DNA from: a bacterium | GTDB lineage: Bacteria > SZUA-79 > Acidulodesulfobacterales > Acidulodesulfobacteraceae | DNA: 64,000 nt | Direction of reading: 5' to 3' | Assembly: GCA_021813525.1 (NCBI GenBank) | Contig: JAKAKK010000043.1 | Span: 8,433-72,432 of the forward strand | Part shown: piece after piece, positions 1 through 9,264 of the stretch | Layout of the letters: every line of letters starts with the position of its first letter | Position numbering within the stretch: the first letter of the stretch is position 1 | Notes under the pieces: generated by a model | Told to the model about the DNA's origin: nothing | Databases searched by the model: none | Seen by the model: only the letters and a program-made list of their open reading frames with translations | Position numbers and translations under genes: made by a program

Positions 1-270
1 ATAGCGCAGGTATTGCAGATATTTAACGGTGCAGTAAAATACGGTTTGCCCGCTTTGCTGCGCGTTAAACCGTTCGCCCTTGCATAAAGGAAGGCTTAAA
101 GGCTTTGACAAATTATATTCCGATAATTCCGGCAATGCCGCCCCCGGTTTTTTCAATAAAGCGGATGTTTTGGCGGCAGAAGGCAGATATTTCATGAAGC
201 CTGCGGCGGCTAAAATAAATATGGAAATAAATGCAATTATAATGTAAATATATCTTGTTTTTAGTCGCAT
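1..270 (-). CDS. hypothetical membrane-anchored protein, N-terminal fragment (gene runs off the left edge)
   Basis: Manual translation of the minus strand from ATG at 270..268 gives MRLKTRYIYIIIAFISIFILAAAGFMKYLPSAAK..., open to position 1 (90 codons) with a hydrophobic signal-anchor. Not in the ORF track because it is truncated. Family not recognised. Confidence 0.45.
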   Translation of the reverse strand, partial: MRLKTRYIYIIIAFISIFILAAAGFMKYLPSAAKTSALLKKPGAALPELSEYNLSKPLSLPLCKGERFNAQQSGQTVFYCTVKYLQYLRY

Positions 271-313
271 AATTTTTAATATTATGACATTTTAGCCGGA
301 TATTTTCAATATA

Positions 314-331
314 TTATCCGCGTTATCCGCG
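314..331. repeat. perfect tandem 9-mer TTATCCGCG x2 in a divergent AT-rich intergenic region
   Basis: Read directly: ttatccgcg ttatccgcg. It matches 7/9 of the DnaA-box consensus TTATCCACA. Function unknown. Confidence 0.5.
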
Positions 332-456
332 TTAATTTTAAAGATAATTTTATTCCTTATTCGGGCAAAAAAGATTCTTTAATTTTAATATGGTATAATC
401 AGAATAGGAGCCAAACATAAATATATTATATTAATAGGATTAAGGAGGTAAATGAA

Positions 457-984
457 ATGTTCGACGAGAAAAGATGGAATCCAGCGAATATAAAAAAACA
501 TTCGGCAAGCGACGAGTCCGATGCCTATAAAAACAGCCTGTCCTATAAAGATATGTCCGTATGCAAAAGCTGCCATAATATTTATCATAATAAAAGATGG
601 GTAAAAGACGACGAACTTTATAAATCTATCTTAAAGAAGAAAGAAAATATAAATTATACTATTTGCCCGGCATGTTTAAAAATAAAAACAAAATTTTACA
701 ACGGCGTCGTCGAGTTGAGCGGCGGTTTTTTATTCGAACATAAAAGCGATATTTTAAATCTTATAAATAATACCGTAGAAAAAGCGGATTATATAGACCC
801 TCTGGAAAAAATAGAAAATATTGAAGAAAACGAAAAAGAAAAAATTATTAAAATATATACTACAAGCGAAGACCTTGCCCAAAGAATCGGAAGAAACATA
901 GAAAGAGCCTATAAAGGCGAAGTAGATTATTCATTTTCGGAAAGGGATTTATTATTGAGAGTTTACTGGAAAAGAGAGGCATAA
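457..984 (+). CDS. BCAM0308-like / NMD3-like zinc-ribbon protein (conserved hypothetical)
   Basis: AGGAGG at 443..448, 8 nt before the ATG. Two CxxC pairs (CKSC, CPAC) followed by a conserved C-terminal block (TTSEDLAQRIGRNIERAYKGE...RVYWKR) that I recall from the BCAM0308 family. Confidence 0.55.
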   Translation: MFDEKRWNPANIKKHSASDESDAYKNSLSYKDMSVCKSCHNIYHNKRWVKDDELYKSILKKKENINYTICPACLKIKTKFYNGVVELSGGFLFEHKSDILNLINNTVEKADYIDPLEKIENIEENEKEKIIKIYTTSEDLAQRIGRNIERAYKGEVDYSFSERDLLLRVYWKREA

Positions 985-1004
985 AATAAAATCGGGCCGT
1001 TTTT

Positions 1005-1032
1005 TTGACTTTTTTATCAATAATGTTATAAT
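1005..1032 (+). promoter_or_regulatory. putative sigma-70 promoter for the phoH operon
   Basis: TTGACT (1005..1010), 16-nt spacer, extended -10 TGTTATAAT (1024..1032), about 55 nt upstream of the phoH start. Confidence 0.5.
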
Positions 1033-1086
1033 CAAAAAATCGGCTAATAATAATATGTTCAATAAAGGAGTTATTAAAAACAAAAT

Positions 1087-2190
1087 TTGGGAATAACTGA
1101 TAAAACAAGGAAACCGGGATCTGCCGCGGCAGTCAAAATGCGGAACATTCCGGGCGCGCTTAAAACAAACGCGAAAGCGCCTAAATCCCGCTTAATATCC
1201 GGCGGCGCCGAAAAAGAAAGAATACTCATTGAAAAAGTAGAACTTGAAGATTTAGAACTTTTTAATAAATTTTCCAATCCGTCCGCAAATATAAAAGATA
1301 TTATAGCAAACGAATTCGAAGTGGATATATCCGTTAGGGGCAATGTGCTGCTGGTTAAGGGCAATAGCGGCAATGTTGCAGTTTGCGTGGGATTCATACG
1401 CGACCTCATAAATCTCTATAAAAACGGAAAAGTTGTAACCGATAGCGATTTAATAAGATTGGCCAAGCTGAAAATTGAAAACCCGGGATCCGATATCGGT
1501 ACGCAGATTTATCCTACCATACTGACGACCCCAAGAAAAAAGGTTATAACGCCGAGAACCGCAAATCAAAAAAAATATACCGACGCTATTTACAAAAACG
1601 ATATAGTTATCGGCGTGGGACCGGCTGGAACCGGCAAAACATATCTTGCCATGGCATGCGCAATATCTTTATTTCAAAAAAAGCTGTTCGACAGAATAAT
1701 ATTAACCCGCCCGGCAGTCGAGGCCGGCGAGAAATTAGGTTTTCTTCCCGGAGACATTTCGCAGAAAATAAATCCTTATTTAAGGCCGCTTTATGATGCC
1801 CTTTACGAGATGTTAGAATTTGAAAAAGCCATAAAACTTATAGATTCGGATGTAATAGAAGTTGCTCCCATAGCATTTATGAGGGGAAGAACTTTGAATA
1901 ATTCTTTTATAATACTTGACGAAGCGCAAAACGCCACAAACGAACAGATGAAAATGATGCTTACCAGGATAGGTTCGGGCTCCAAAATTGTCGTGAACGG
2001 CGACATAACCCAAACCGATCTGCCTTACGATAAAGAATCAGGACTTATAACCGCCAGTAAAATCCTCATGAATATAGCCGGAATAGAAGTAGTCAATTTT
2101 AACGGAACCGACGTATTAAGGCATAAACTTGTTCAAAATATAATTAAAGCATATGAAACGAACGAAATTTCTCGATTTTCTAAAAAATAA
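1087..2190 (+). CDS. phoH: PhoH-like ATPase
   Basis: Walker A GPAGTGKTYLAMA and Walker B ILDEAQN. Sits in the conserved phoH-yqfF-ybeY-dgkA order. Start is TTG 1087; ATG 1138 is an alternative. Confidence 0.9.
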   Translation: MGITDKTRKPGSAAAVKMRNIPGALKTNAKAPKSRLISGGAEKERILIEKVELEDLELFNKFSNPSANIKDIIANEFEVDISVRGNVLLVKGNSGNVAVCVGFIRDLINLYKNGKVVTDSDLIRLAKLKIENPGSDIGTQIYPTILTTPRKKVITPRTANQKKYTDAIYKNDIVIGVGPAGTGKTYLAMACAISLFQKKLFDRIILTRPAVEAGEKLGFLPGDISQKINPYLRPLYDALYEMLEFEKAIKLIDSDVIEVAPIAFMRGRTLNNSFIILDEAQNATNEQMKMMLTRIGSGSKIVVNGDITQTDLPYDKESGLITASKILMNIAGIEVVNFNGTDVLRHKLVQNIIKAYETNEISRFSKK

Positions 2191-4471
2191 TACTTTAGAA
2201 ATTAAAAACCGTTATACCCCGCTGTTAGTCCTGCTTTTAATCTCCGCTATATTTTTAACTTTTTTGCTTTATAACGGAATGGAGTTTATAAAAAACAAAT
2301 ATAAAGCCGGAGAGATAGCAACAAAAACCATTATAGCCAAAAAAAGTTTCAGATACGTAAACGTAAAAGCGACTAATGCCATCCTGAAGAAAAAAATCGA
2401 AAACAGCCCCGATGTTTATTTATATTATCCTGAGATAAAAGCAACCCTTTCAAGAAAAATAAAGAGAGCTTTCGCTTTTGCAAGGTCATACAAAGAAAGC
2501 CACGCTCATAACAGGCAAAATATGGGTATATCCGAAAATATATTTGCCGCTAAATTAGGAATCAAATTGGACAAATCCGTTCTTAACGAGTTTTACTATT
2601 TGAATTATAATAAAAATATCGAGGCTTATATTTTAAAAATAGTTTCCAGCATCTATAAAAAAGGAGTGCTGTCTCGACTGCCCGCAAGCAACAAAAAGAT
2701 AGAAATTAAAAATGTAATAACAAACAGGCTTAAAACCGTAAATTATCCTCAAATATTTTTTACTCTGAAAAAAGAGAAGGGCTTTACTTATTATTATACT
2801 AAAAAATATCTGGGCTTCCTTCCGGCTTATATGCAGAACGATATTTACGGATTGGTTTACCGGATGATAAAACCGGATATAGTATATTCGAAATATCTTA
2901 CTCTTAAAAAAATAGAAGTTCTTAAAAAAGAAAACATACCGATTTATATACATGTAAACGAAGGGATGCTTTTAGTGAATGCCGGAGAACTTATAACTAA
3001 ATCGAAGGCGCTCGAATTAAATACTTACGATGCCGAGTTTAAGCTGAAAAATAATATACCGTCCCTTATAGGCCTGTTTTTCGTCATCGCGATGCTTTTA
3101 TCGCTCTCTTATGTATTTCCGTACAGATATATAAAAAAATTCAGAAATTCCATAGACTTTAAAAATGTCGTTTTTATTATAACTATTTTATTATCTTCTA
3201 TTTTAGTTATTAAAGCAGGCATTATTTTCTCTAAAGCCCTTTCTTTATATTTTCCTTTCATAGACAGGAACGATATTTATTATTTAATTCCCTTTGCGTT
3301 CGGCCCTATGCTTATAAGAATAATATTGAATTCTGAGGTTTCGGTCGTTTATATAGCTCTTTTTTCTATTCTGACGTCTATAATTTTTAAAAACTCGATT
3401 TTTTTTATGATATATACGTTCGCGGGCAGTTTTATAGCCTCGTACGAAGTTTTCGATTTTTCTTCATGGAGCCGCGTTGTTAAAGCCGGCGTTATAACGG
3501 GATTTTTAAACAGCTTTATGGTTCTGGCATTTGCGCTGATAGGGCTGAACCTGATAAATATACAAAATATATACAGTATCGTCCTTGCATTTTTGTCGGG
3601 CGTTATATCTTCTATAATGGTTATAGGCCTTATACCTTTATTCGAAAAATTATTCGACTTTACGACCGATTTCAAACTTCTTGAGCTTTCAAGTTCCAAT
3701 AACCCGCTCTTAAGGCAATTTTCCATAGTAGCGCCCGGAACGTACCAGCATTCCATAATGGCGGCTACCCTTGCAGAATCGGCAGCTTCGGCGGTCGGGG
3801 CTAATCCGCTTTTAGCCAGAGTCGCAAGCCTCTACCACGACATAGGAAAGATAACCAAGCCTAATTATTTTATCGAAAATATATCGAATTCGGAAAACCC
3901 GCACGATAAGCTTTCCCCGACCATGAGCAGTTTAATTATCTCGTCTCATGTAAAAGACGGACAGGAACTTGCAAAAAAATATAAATTAGGCGATAAAATA
4001 GAAAATATAATCGGCGAGCATCACGGAACGTCTATGATAGGAGCGTTCTATGAAAAGGCTTTCAATGAAAATAAGGACGGACATCTGTCCAAAGACGCAT
4101 TCAGATACAGCGGTAAAAAACCCCAAACCAAGGAAGCCGGCATAATTATGCTGGCGGATTCGGTCGAGGCGATATCGAGGACGATGACCAACATTTCTCC
4201 TTCGAGACTGGAGCTTATGGTCAGGAAGACCATAAATAGAATCTACAGCGACGGACAACTCGACGAATGCGAACTGACGCTGAAAGACCTCCATTCCATA
4301 GGCGATGCTTTCGTAAAAGTTTTGAATTCCGTTTTTCACCAGAGGATACCGTATGCCGGCAAACCAGTTGAGGAAGACGATAAACATGAAGCGGATGAAA
4401 ACCGTAATAAATATAGCGAATACCCAAAGAAAGCTGAAAATAAATCGAAAGTCAGTCCGTTATATCGTTAA
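2153..4471 (+). CDS. pgpH: 7TM-receptor HD-domain phosphohydrolase (PgpH/YqfF family, c-di-AMP phosphodiesterase type)
   Basis: N-terminal extracellular region, seven hydrophobic helices, HD-domain motifs LYHDIGK and GEHHG, and its position between phoH and ybeY. Confidence 0.85.
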   Translation: MKRTKFLDFLKNNTLEIKNRYTPLLVLLLISAIFLTFLLYNGMEFIKNKYKAGEIATKTIIAKKSFRYVNVKATNAILKKKIENSPDVYLYYPEIKATLSRKIKRAFAFARSYKESHAHNRQNMGISENIFAAKLGIKLDKSVLNEFYYLNYNKNIEAYILKIVSSIYKKGVLSRLPASNKKIEIKNVITNRLKTVNYPQIFFTLKKEKGFTYYYTKKYLGFLPAYMQNDIYGLVYRMIKPDIVYSKYLTLKKIEVLKKENIPIYIHVNEGMLLVNAGELITKSKALELNTYDAEFKLKNNIPSLIGLFFVIAMLLSLSYVFPYRYIKKFRNSIDFKNVVFIITILLSSILVIKAGIIFSKALSLYFPFIDRNDIYYLIPFAFGPMLIRIILNSEVSVVYIALFSILTSIIFKNSIFFMIYTFAGSFIASYEVFDFSSWSRVVKAGVITGFLNSFMVLAFALIGLNLINIQNIYSIVLAFLSGVISSIMVIGLIPLFEKLFDFTTDFKLLELSSSNNPLLRQFSIVAPGTYQHSIMAATLAESAASAVGANPLLARVASLYHDIGKITKPNYFIENISNSENPHDKLSPTMSSLIISSHVKDGQELAKKYKLGDKIENIIGEHHGTSMIGAFYEKAFNENKDGHLSKDAFRYSGKKPQTKEAGIIMLADSVEAISRTMTNISPSRLELMVRKTINRIYSDGQLDECELTLKDLHSIGDAFVKVLNSVFHQRIPYAGKPVEEDDKHEADENRNKYSEYPKKAENKSKVSPLYR

Positions 4472-4928
4472 AAATTCGATAGAAAAGCTTTATTGCGGTT
4501 CATACGAAATCGATATAATTTTTTGTTCGGAAAACTATATTAAAAAATTAAACAAGATTTACAGAAATCAAGATAAAGCTACGGACGTCCTGTCTTTCGA
4601 AATAAAAGAATGGATAGGAGATATTTTTTATATAGGAGAGATTTATATCGCGCCTTCCGCCGCAGAAAAAAATTTCAAAAGATACCGGAATTTTTGGGAG
4701 AAAGCCGATTGGGTCGCTTCGGACGGGCTGGAAGAAAACGAAAATCCTAAAAATAGAAAAAAGTATTGCAAAAAAGGATTCGGCAGGGAACTTGCGCTGT
4801 TAATAATCCACGGAATCCTCCATCTTTTCGGATATGCCCATGACGAGGAGCATAAACTGGATTTAGACGACCCCTGCTACGATAAAGAAATGAAATATAT
4901 GCAGAATTTTTTATATAAAGAATTATGA
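4386..4928 (+). CDS. ybeY: endoribonuclease YbeY (rRNA maturation)
   Basis: Zinc motif HGILHLFGYAHD. GAGGA at 4370..4374 precedes ATG 4386; the ORF track starts at 4353. Overlaps the pgpH 3' end by about 86 nt. Carries an extra ~35-aa block before the His motif. Confidence 0.85.
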   Translation: MKRMKTVINIANTQRKLKINRKSVRYIVKNSIEKLYCGSYEIDIIFCSENYIKKLNKIYRNQDKATDVLSFEIKEWIGDIFYIGEIYIAPSAAEKNFKRYRNFWEKADWVASDGLEENENPKNRKKYCKKGFGRELALLIIHGILHLFGYAHDEEHKLDLDDPCYDKEMKYMQNFLYKEL

Positions 4929-5635
4929 AACCTGTTCCGCAAAATCGGTTGGAATCTTTTAACGCGGCTATAGAAGGCATAATATTAGCTACAAAGACCG
5001 AAAAAAATATGAGGATCCATTTTACGGCGGCTCTCCTTGCTATTTTCCTCGCACTTTTTTTAAGGGTCTCTAAAACAGACGTTCTTCTTATATTTATTTC
5101 CGCCTTCTTCGTTCTTTTTGCCGAAACTTTGAATACGTCGATAGAATATCTTGCCGATTACTTATCGAAAGAATATTCTCCCGAAATAGAGGCGGTTAAA
5201 AATTTAGCGGCAGGCGCCGTTCTTCTGTCTTCGTTCGGTTCGTTTGTCGTAGGTTATATAATTTTTTCAAAATATCTGTATTATGTGATATACTATGTTT
5301 TAAAAATGCTAAAAACTGCGGGCTCCGATATCTCGATAGTGATTATCTCGATAGTTTTTGTCGGCATAATAATTATAAAGGCTATGTTCAATAAGGGAAC
5401 CCCTCTTAGAGGAGGGTTTCCGAGCGGACATGCCGCCGTCGCATTTTCCATATGGCTGACGGTTTCTCTTTTAACCTTGAATCCGGTCGTTTCGCTTCTT
5501 ACTTTTATACTTGCGTTTCTTATCGCATTATCCAGAATAAGCAGCGGTATTCATACTAAAATAGAGGTTTTAACGGGAAGCGTTATAGGCGTTTTAATAA
5601 CGGCGCTTATATTTAAACTGTTTTATTTCGGTTAA
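4925..5635 (+). CDS. dgkA: fusion protein: prokaryotic diacylglycerol/undecaprenol kinase (DgkA) domain plus PAP2 phosphatase domain
   Basis: The N-terminal half has DgkA motifs (NAAIEGI..., ETLNTSIE, NLAAGAVL). The C-terminal half has PAP2 motifs PSGH and SRISSGIHTKIE. ATGA overlap with the ybeY stop. Confidence 0.8.
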   Translation: MKPVPQNRLESFNAAIEGIILATKTEKNMRIHFTAALLAIFLALFLRVSKTDVLLIFISAFFVLFAETLNTSIEYLADYLSKEYSPEIEAVKNLAAGAVLLSSFGSFVVGYIIFSKYLYYVIYYVLKMLKTAGSDISIVIISIVFVGIIIIKAMFNKGTPLRGGFPSGHAAVAFSIWLTVSLLTLNPVVSLLTFILAFLIALSRISSGIHTKIEVLTGSVIGVLITALIFKLFYFG

Positions 5636-5669
5636 ATTTAACAGAAGAATCGGGTATAGGAATAATTTT

Positions 5670-6491
5670 ATGAAAAACGAAAAACAAAAATATACTGAAC
5701 TTAACAGCCTGATTGAAATAGTTAAGAGGCTGCGCTCCGAAGGAGGCTGTCCATGGGACAGAAAACAGACCGGGGAAACGCTGAAACCTTATATAATAGA
5801 AGAAGCATATGAGGTGGTAGATGCGATAAGTTCGAATAATAAGACGGAAATTATGGAGGAACTCGGGGACCTTCTTTTGCAGGTCGTATTTTTATCGGAT
5901 ATTTATGAAGATAAGAAAGAATTTTCCATAGCGGACGTTATTAATGCTATAAATCAAAAATTAGTCAGAAGGCACCCGCATGTTTTCGATAAAGATTTTG
6001 CTTTAAAAGAAGGCGAATGTCTTGAAGACGTTATTCTTAAAAATTGGGAAAAAATTAAAGGCGAGGAAAAAAAAGAAAAATTAAAAAATATGCCGGATCT
6101 GCCGAAAAATCCTTCCGTTTACGTATCGGAATCCATGCCTTCCCTTCACAGGGCATATATGGTGCAGGAAAAGGCTAAGAGAATAGGCTTCGATTTTGAA
6201 AACGAAGGCGGGGCTTTAGATAAAGTCTATGAAGAAATTTCGGAACTTAAAAAAGAATTGAATAATAAAACGGACAAAGATAAAATTGCCGAGGAATACG
6301 GAGATATTTTATTTTCCGTCGTTAATCTCGGAAGGCTTTTAGACATACATCCGTGCAGCGCTTTAAATAAAGCCTCGGATAAATTTATCCGAAGGTTCGG
6401 ATATATGGAGAAAAAAGCATCGTCTCCTATTTCCAAACTTGACCCTCAAAGCCTCGATATATTATGGGAAGAAGCGAAAAAAGCCCTATGA
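5670..6491 (+). CDS. mazG: nucleoside triphosphate pyrophosphohydrolase MazG
   Basis: Tandem MazG domains: CPWDRKQT, EEAYEVVDAI, ELGDLLLQVVF, EYGDILFSVVNL. Confidence 0.9.
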   Translation: MKNEKQKYTELNSLIEIVKRLRSEGGCPWDRKQTGETLKPYIIEEAYEVVDAISSNNKTEIMEELGDLLLQVVFLSDIYEDKKEFSIADVINAINQKLVRRHPHVFDKDFALKEGECLEDVILKNWEKIKGEEKKEKLKNMPDLPKNPSVYVSESMPSLHRAYMVQEKAKRIGFDFENEGGALDKVYEEISELKKELNNKTDKDKIAEEYGDILFSVVNLGRLLDIHPCSALNKASDKFIRRFGYMEKKASSPISKLDPQSLDILWEEAKKAL

Positions 6492-8053
6492 TGTCCGGAA
6501 TATCCCGCCGCGTTCTGATTAATTCCGCTTCCGCATGTTTGTCAGGCATACTAATTGCTTTTTTATTCCCTAATTTCAATCTTGAATTTCTTGCATGGTT
6601 TTCGTTAGTCCCCCTTTTATATTCGGCGAACAATTCTAATAGTTTTAAAGAGTCCTTTCTATACGGGTTTTTAGCAGGCATCATTTCATATATAATCATA
6701 CTGTACTGGATAGTTTATACAGTTCACAAGTTCGGCGGCGTTCCTTACTATATAGCCGTTTTCGCGCTTTTACTGCTTGCTTCCTATTTAGCCCTGTATT
6801 TTGCTTTATTCTCCGGTTTTGGCAGAATTTTATTAAATAATTATAAAATATCGAATATAATTTTAATTCCTTCCTGCTGGGTTTTTTTTGAGTTTTTAAA
6901 GTCTAATCTTTTAACGGGGTTTCCATGGGAAAACCTCGGTTCATCGCAGTATTTAAATCTTCCTTTTATACAGGCCGCTAATATAACAGGAACCCCCGGG
7001 CTGTCTTTCGTCATAGTTCTTGTAAATTATTTAGTGTTCCATTTTATTTTTTATAAAAATAGAATTTCTAAGAAACAGGCCTTATTTGAACTGATTTTCG
7101 GCTTATCCGTTTTTATTATTGTAATATCTTACGGTTATTACAATATTTATTCCGTGGATAAACTGCTTAGAAGGAAGAAGCCGGTGAGAGTCGCCTTGAT
7201 TCAGGGAAACATAGGTATGTTTCAGAAATGGAAAATTACTAAAAAAAGGACGACGAGAATATATCTAGACTTAACGAAGAAATCTTTGAAATACAAGCCG
7301 GGGTTGGTAATATGGCCGGAAACCGCGCTTCCTTATATTATTTCCATATATCCTTTTTATTGGGATAAAGTTATGAACTTTTCCAAAAAAAATAAAATAG
7401 ATTTAATTTTCGGAGCTATAGGCTTAAAATTATTAAACGGAAAATATCATTTTTATAACAGGGATTATATGTTCGCTCAATCCGGCGGATTTTCTTATTA
7501 CGATAAGCATCACCTTGTTCCTTTCGGCGAATATATTCCGTTAAAACGGCAGTTCCCTTTTCTTGCCCGTATTTTAAAAGGCGCCGGAATTGGGAATTTT
7601 ACGGCCGGCAAAAGATTCAGGATACTGAGAAGCGGAAATTTAAAGGCAGGTTCGATGATTTGTTACGAAGCCTATTTTAATTCATTGGTAAGAAATTTTT
7701 CAAAAAAAGGGGCTAATCTTTTAGTGAGCATTACGGACGACGCATGGTACGGAAAGACTTCCGCGCCCGAACAGGATATGTCCATGACCGTTTTCCCGGC
7801 CGTTGAAAATGAGAGGTTTGTCGCAAGGGCCGGAAACTCAGGCATAAGCGGGTTCATATCTCCGACCGGGAAAATTTTAGGAGAAACGGATATATTTAAA
7901 AGAACTTATCTCATAGGCTATATAAAATTAATTAATAGAAAGACATTTTTTGCATTATATGGTAATATATTTGGTTATATAATCGATGCAGTTTTTATAC
8001 TGTCGATAGCGTATCTTCCGCTATCCAATATTTTTAGAAAAAAGGCTCAATAA
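6488..8053 (+). CDS. lnt: apolipoprotein N-acyltransferase
   Basis: Multi-TM N-terminus followed by a CN-hydrolase domain (WPE, catalytic Cys in MICYEAYF). The ATG at 6488 overlaps the mazG TGA (ATGA); the ORF track starts at 6464. Confidence 0.9.
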   Translation: MMSGISRRVLINSASACLSGILIAFLFPNFNLEFLAWFSLVPLLYSANNSNSFKESFLYGFLAGIISYIIILYWIVYTVHKFGGVPYYIAVFALLLLASYLALYFALFSGFGRILLNNYKISNIILIPSCWVFFEFLKSNLLTGFPWENLGSSQYLNLPFIQAANITGTPGLSFVIVLVNYLVFHFIFYKNRISKKQALFELIFGLSVFIIVISYGYYNIYSVDKLLRRKKPVRVALIQGNIGMFQKWKITKKRTTRIYLDLTKKSLKYKPGLVIWPETALPYIISIYPFYWDKVMNFSKKNKIDLIFGAIGLKLLNGKYHFYNRDYMFAQSGGFSYYDKHHLVPFGEYIPLKRQFPFLARILKGAGIGNFTAGKRFRILRSGNLKAGSMICYEAYFNSLVRNFSKKGANLLVSITDDAWYGKTSAPEQDMSMTVFPAVENERFVARAGNSGISGFISPTGKILGETDIFKRTYLIGYIKLINRKTFFALYGNIFGYIIDAVFILSIAYLPLSNIFRKKAQ

Positions 8054-8069
8054 ATACAGGGGGTTTTTA

Positions 8070-9198
8070 ATGTCAATTTTGCCGTCGGATTCGGTTTTAA
8101 ACGTCAGCCTTTTAGATAGAAGCCTAAAAGAACTTGGGGATAAACTGGAAAAAATACGGAGGATGCTTTGAAGTTTCTAAATTAGAAGCAAGGCTTAAAG
8201 AAATAGACGAGATTTCTTCAAAAGAAGACTTTTATAAAGATATCTCTTTTTCGAAAGAGATACTAATAGAAAAATCCGGGTTGGAGAACCGTTTGAAACC
8301 GTTTTACGCCGTATATGAAGAATTTAAAAACATAAAAGATTTATACGATATTTCTTTAGAGGAAAACGACGAAAAGATGCTGTCGGATATTTCGGAAAGC
8401 GTCAAGTCTTTAGAAAAGGCCGTTCTAAGTTTAGAAATGGATATGACGCTTTCGGGAAAAGACGATAAGCTCAATGCTATCGTAGAAATCCATGCAGGTT
8501 CCGGGGGAACGGAGTCTATGGATTTTGCTAATATGCTCTTAAGGATGTATTTAAGATGGGCGGAGAGAAAGAAATTTAAAACTGCTATAATGGAATTTAA
8601 CGCCGGCGAAGAAGCAGGCGTTAAAAGCGTTACGTTCGTCGTGTACGGAAAATATGCATACGGCTATCTTAAAGCGGAAAGCGGAGTCCACAGGCTCGTA
8701 AGAATTTCGCCTTTCGATGCAAATAAAAGGAGGCATACTTCTTTTGCCTCGGTTTTTGTTTATCCCGAAATCGACGATTCTATCGACATAGTTATAGACG
8801 AAAAGGACGTAAAGACGGATACTTACCGTTCAAGCGGAGCCGGAGGACAGCATGTAAATACGACCGATTCGGCGGTACGGTTAACTCATATTCCGACCGG
8901 AATCGTCGTCGCCTGCCAGAATGAAAGGTCTCAGCATAAAAATAAGGAAACGGCGTATAAACTTTTAAGGGCAAGATTATACGATTATTATAAAAAGAAA
9001 AGAGAAGAGGAAGAAGATAAAATTAATAAGACTAAAAAAGAGATATCCTGGGGTTCGCAGATAAGGTCATATACGCTTAATCCTAACCGGGTTATAAAAG
9101 ACCATAGAACCGGCGTAACTATTTACGACGACAGGAGCGTTTTCGACGGAGACATCGACGAGTTTATCAGCGCGTATCTTCTGGGCGTCAGACAATAG
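8070..9198 (+). CDS. prfB: peptide chain release factor 2, with programmed +1 frameshift (8070..8168 joined to 8170..9198)
   Basis: Frame-0 ORF MSILPSDSVLNVSLLDRSLKELGDKLEKIRRML stops at TGA 8169..8171. The +1 frame continues EVSKLEARLKEIDE... with the SPF and GGQ motifs. Canonical CTT TGA slippery site. Confidence 0.93.
8158..8171 (+). promoter_or_regulatory. prfB autoregulatory +1 frameshift site
   Basis: Internal SD-like GGAGG (8158..8162), 3-nt spacer, then CTT TGA (8166..8171). This is the same layout as the E. coli site AGGGGG-UAU-CUU-UGA. Confidence 0.9.
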
Positions 9199-9210
9199 AC
9201 AATTAAATAT

Positions 9211-9235
9211 GGTGTCCGAATTCAATTCCGGCACC
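9211..9235. repeat. GAATTCAATTC-centred intergenic palindrome, copy 1
   Basis: GGTGTCCGAATT-C-AATTCCGGCACC, 13 nt after the prfB stop. Imperfect 12-bp arms, followed by CACAAATTGGAAA. Confidence 0.7.
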
Positions 9236-9264
9236 GTCACAAATTGGAAAAAGGAGGGAAAACC

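Noticed and set aside
385-588. 67-aa minus-strand ORF overlapping the start of the 457..984 gene
   Set aside because: It overlaps the RBS and 5' end of a better-supported + strand gene. It is a hydrophobic, AT-driven ORF with no SD.
1074-1409. 111-aa minus-strand ORF overlapping the phoH 5' region
   Set aside because: It is antisense to phoH, has no signals, and has low-complexity S/L/T composition.
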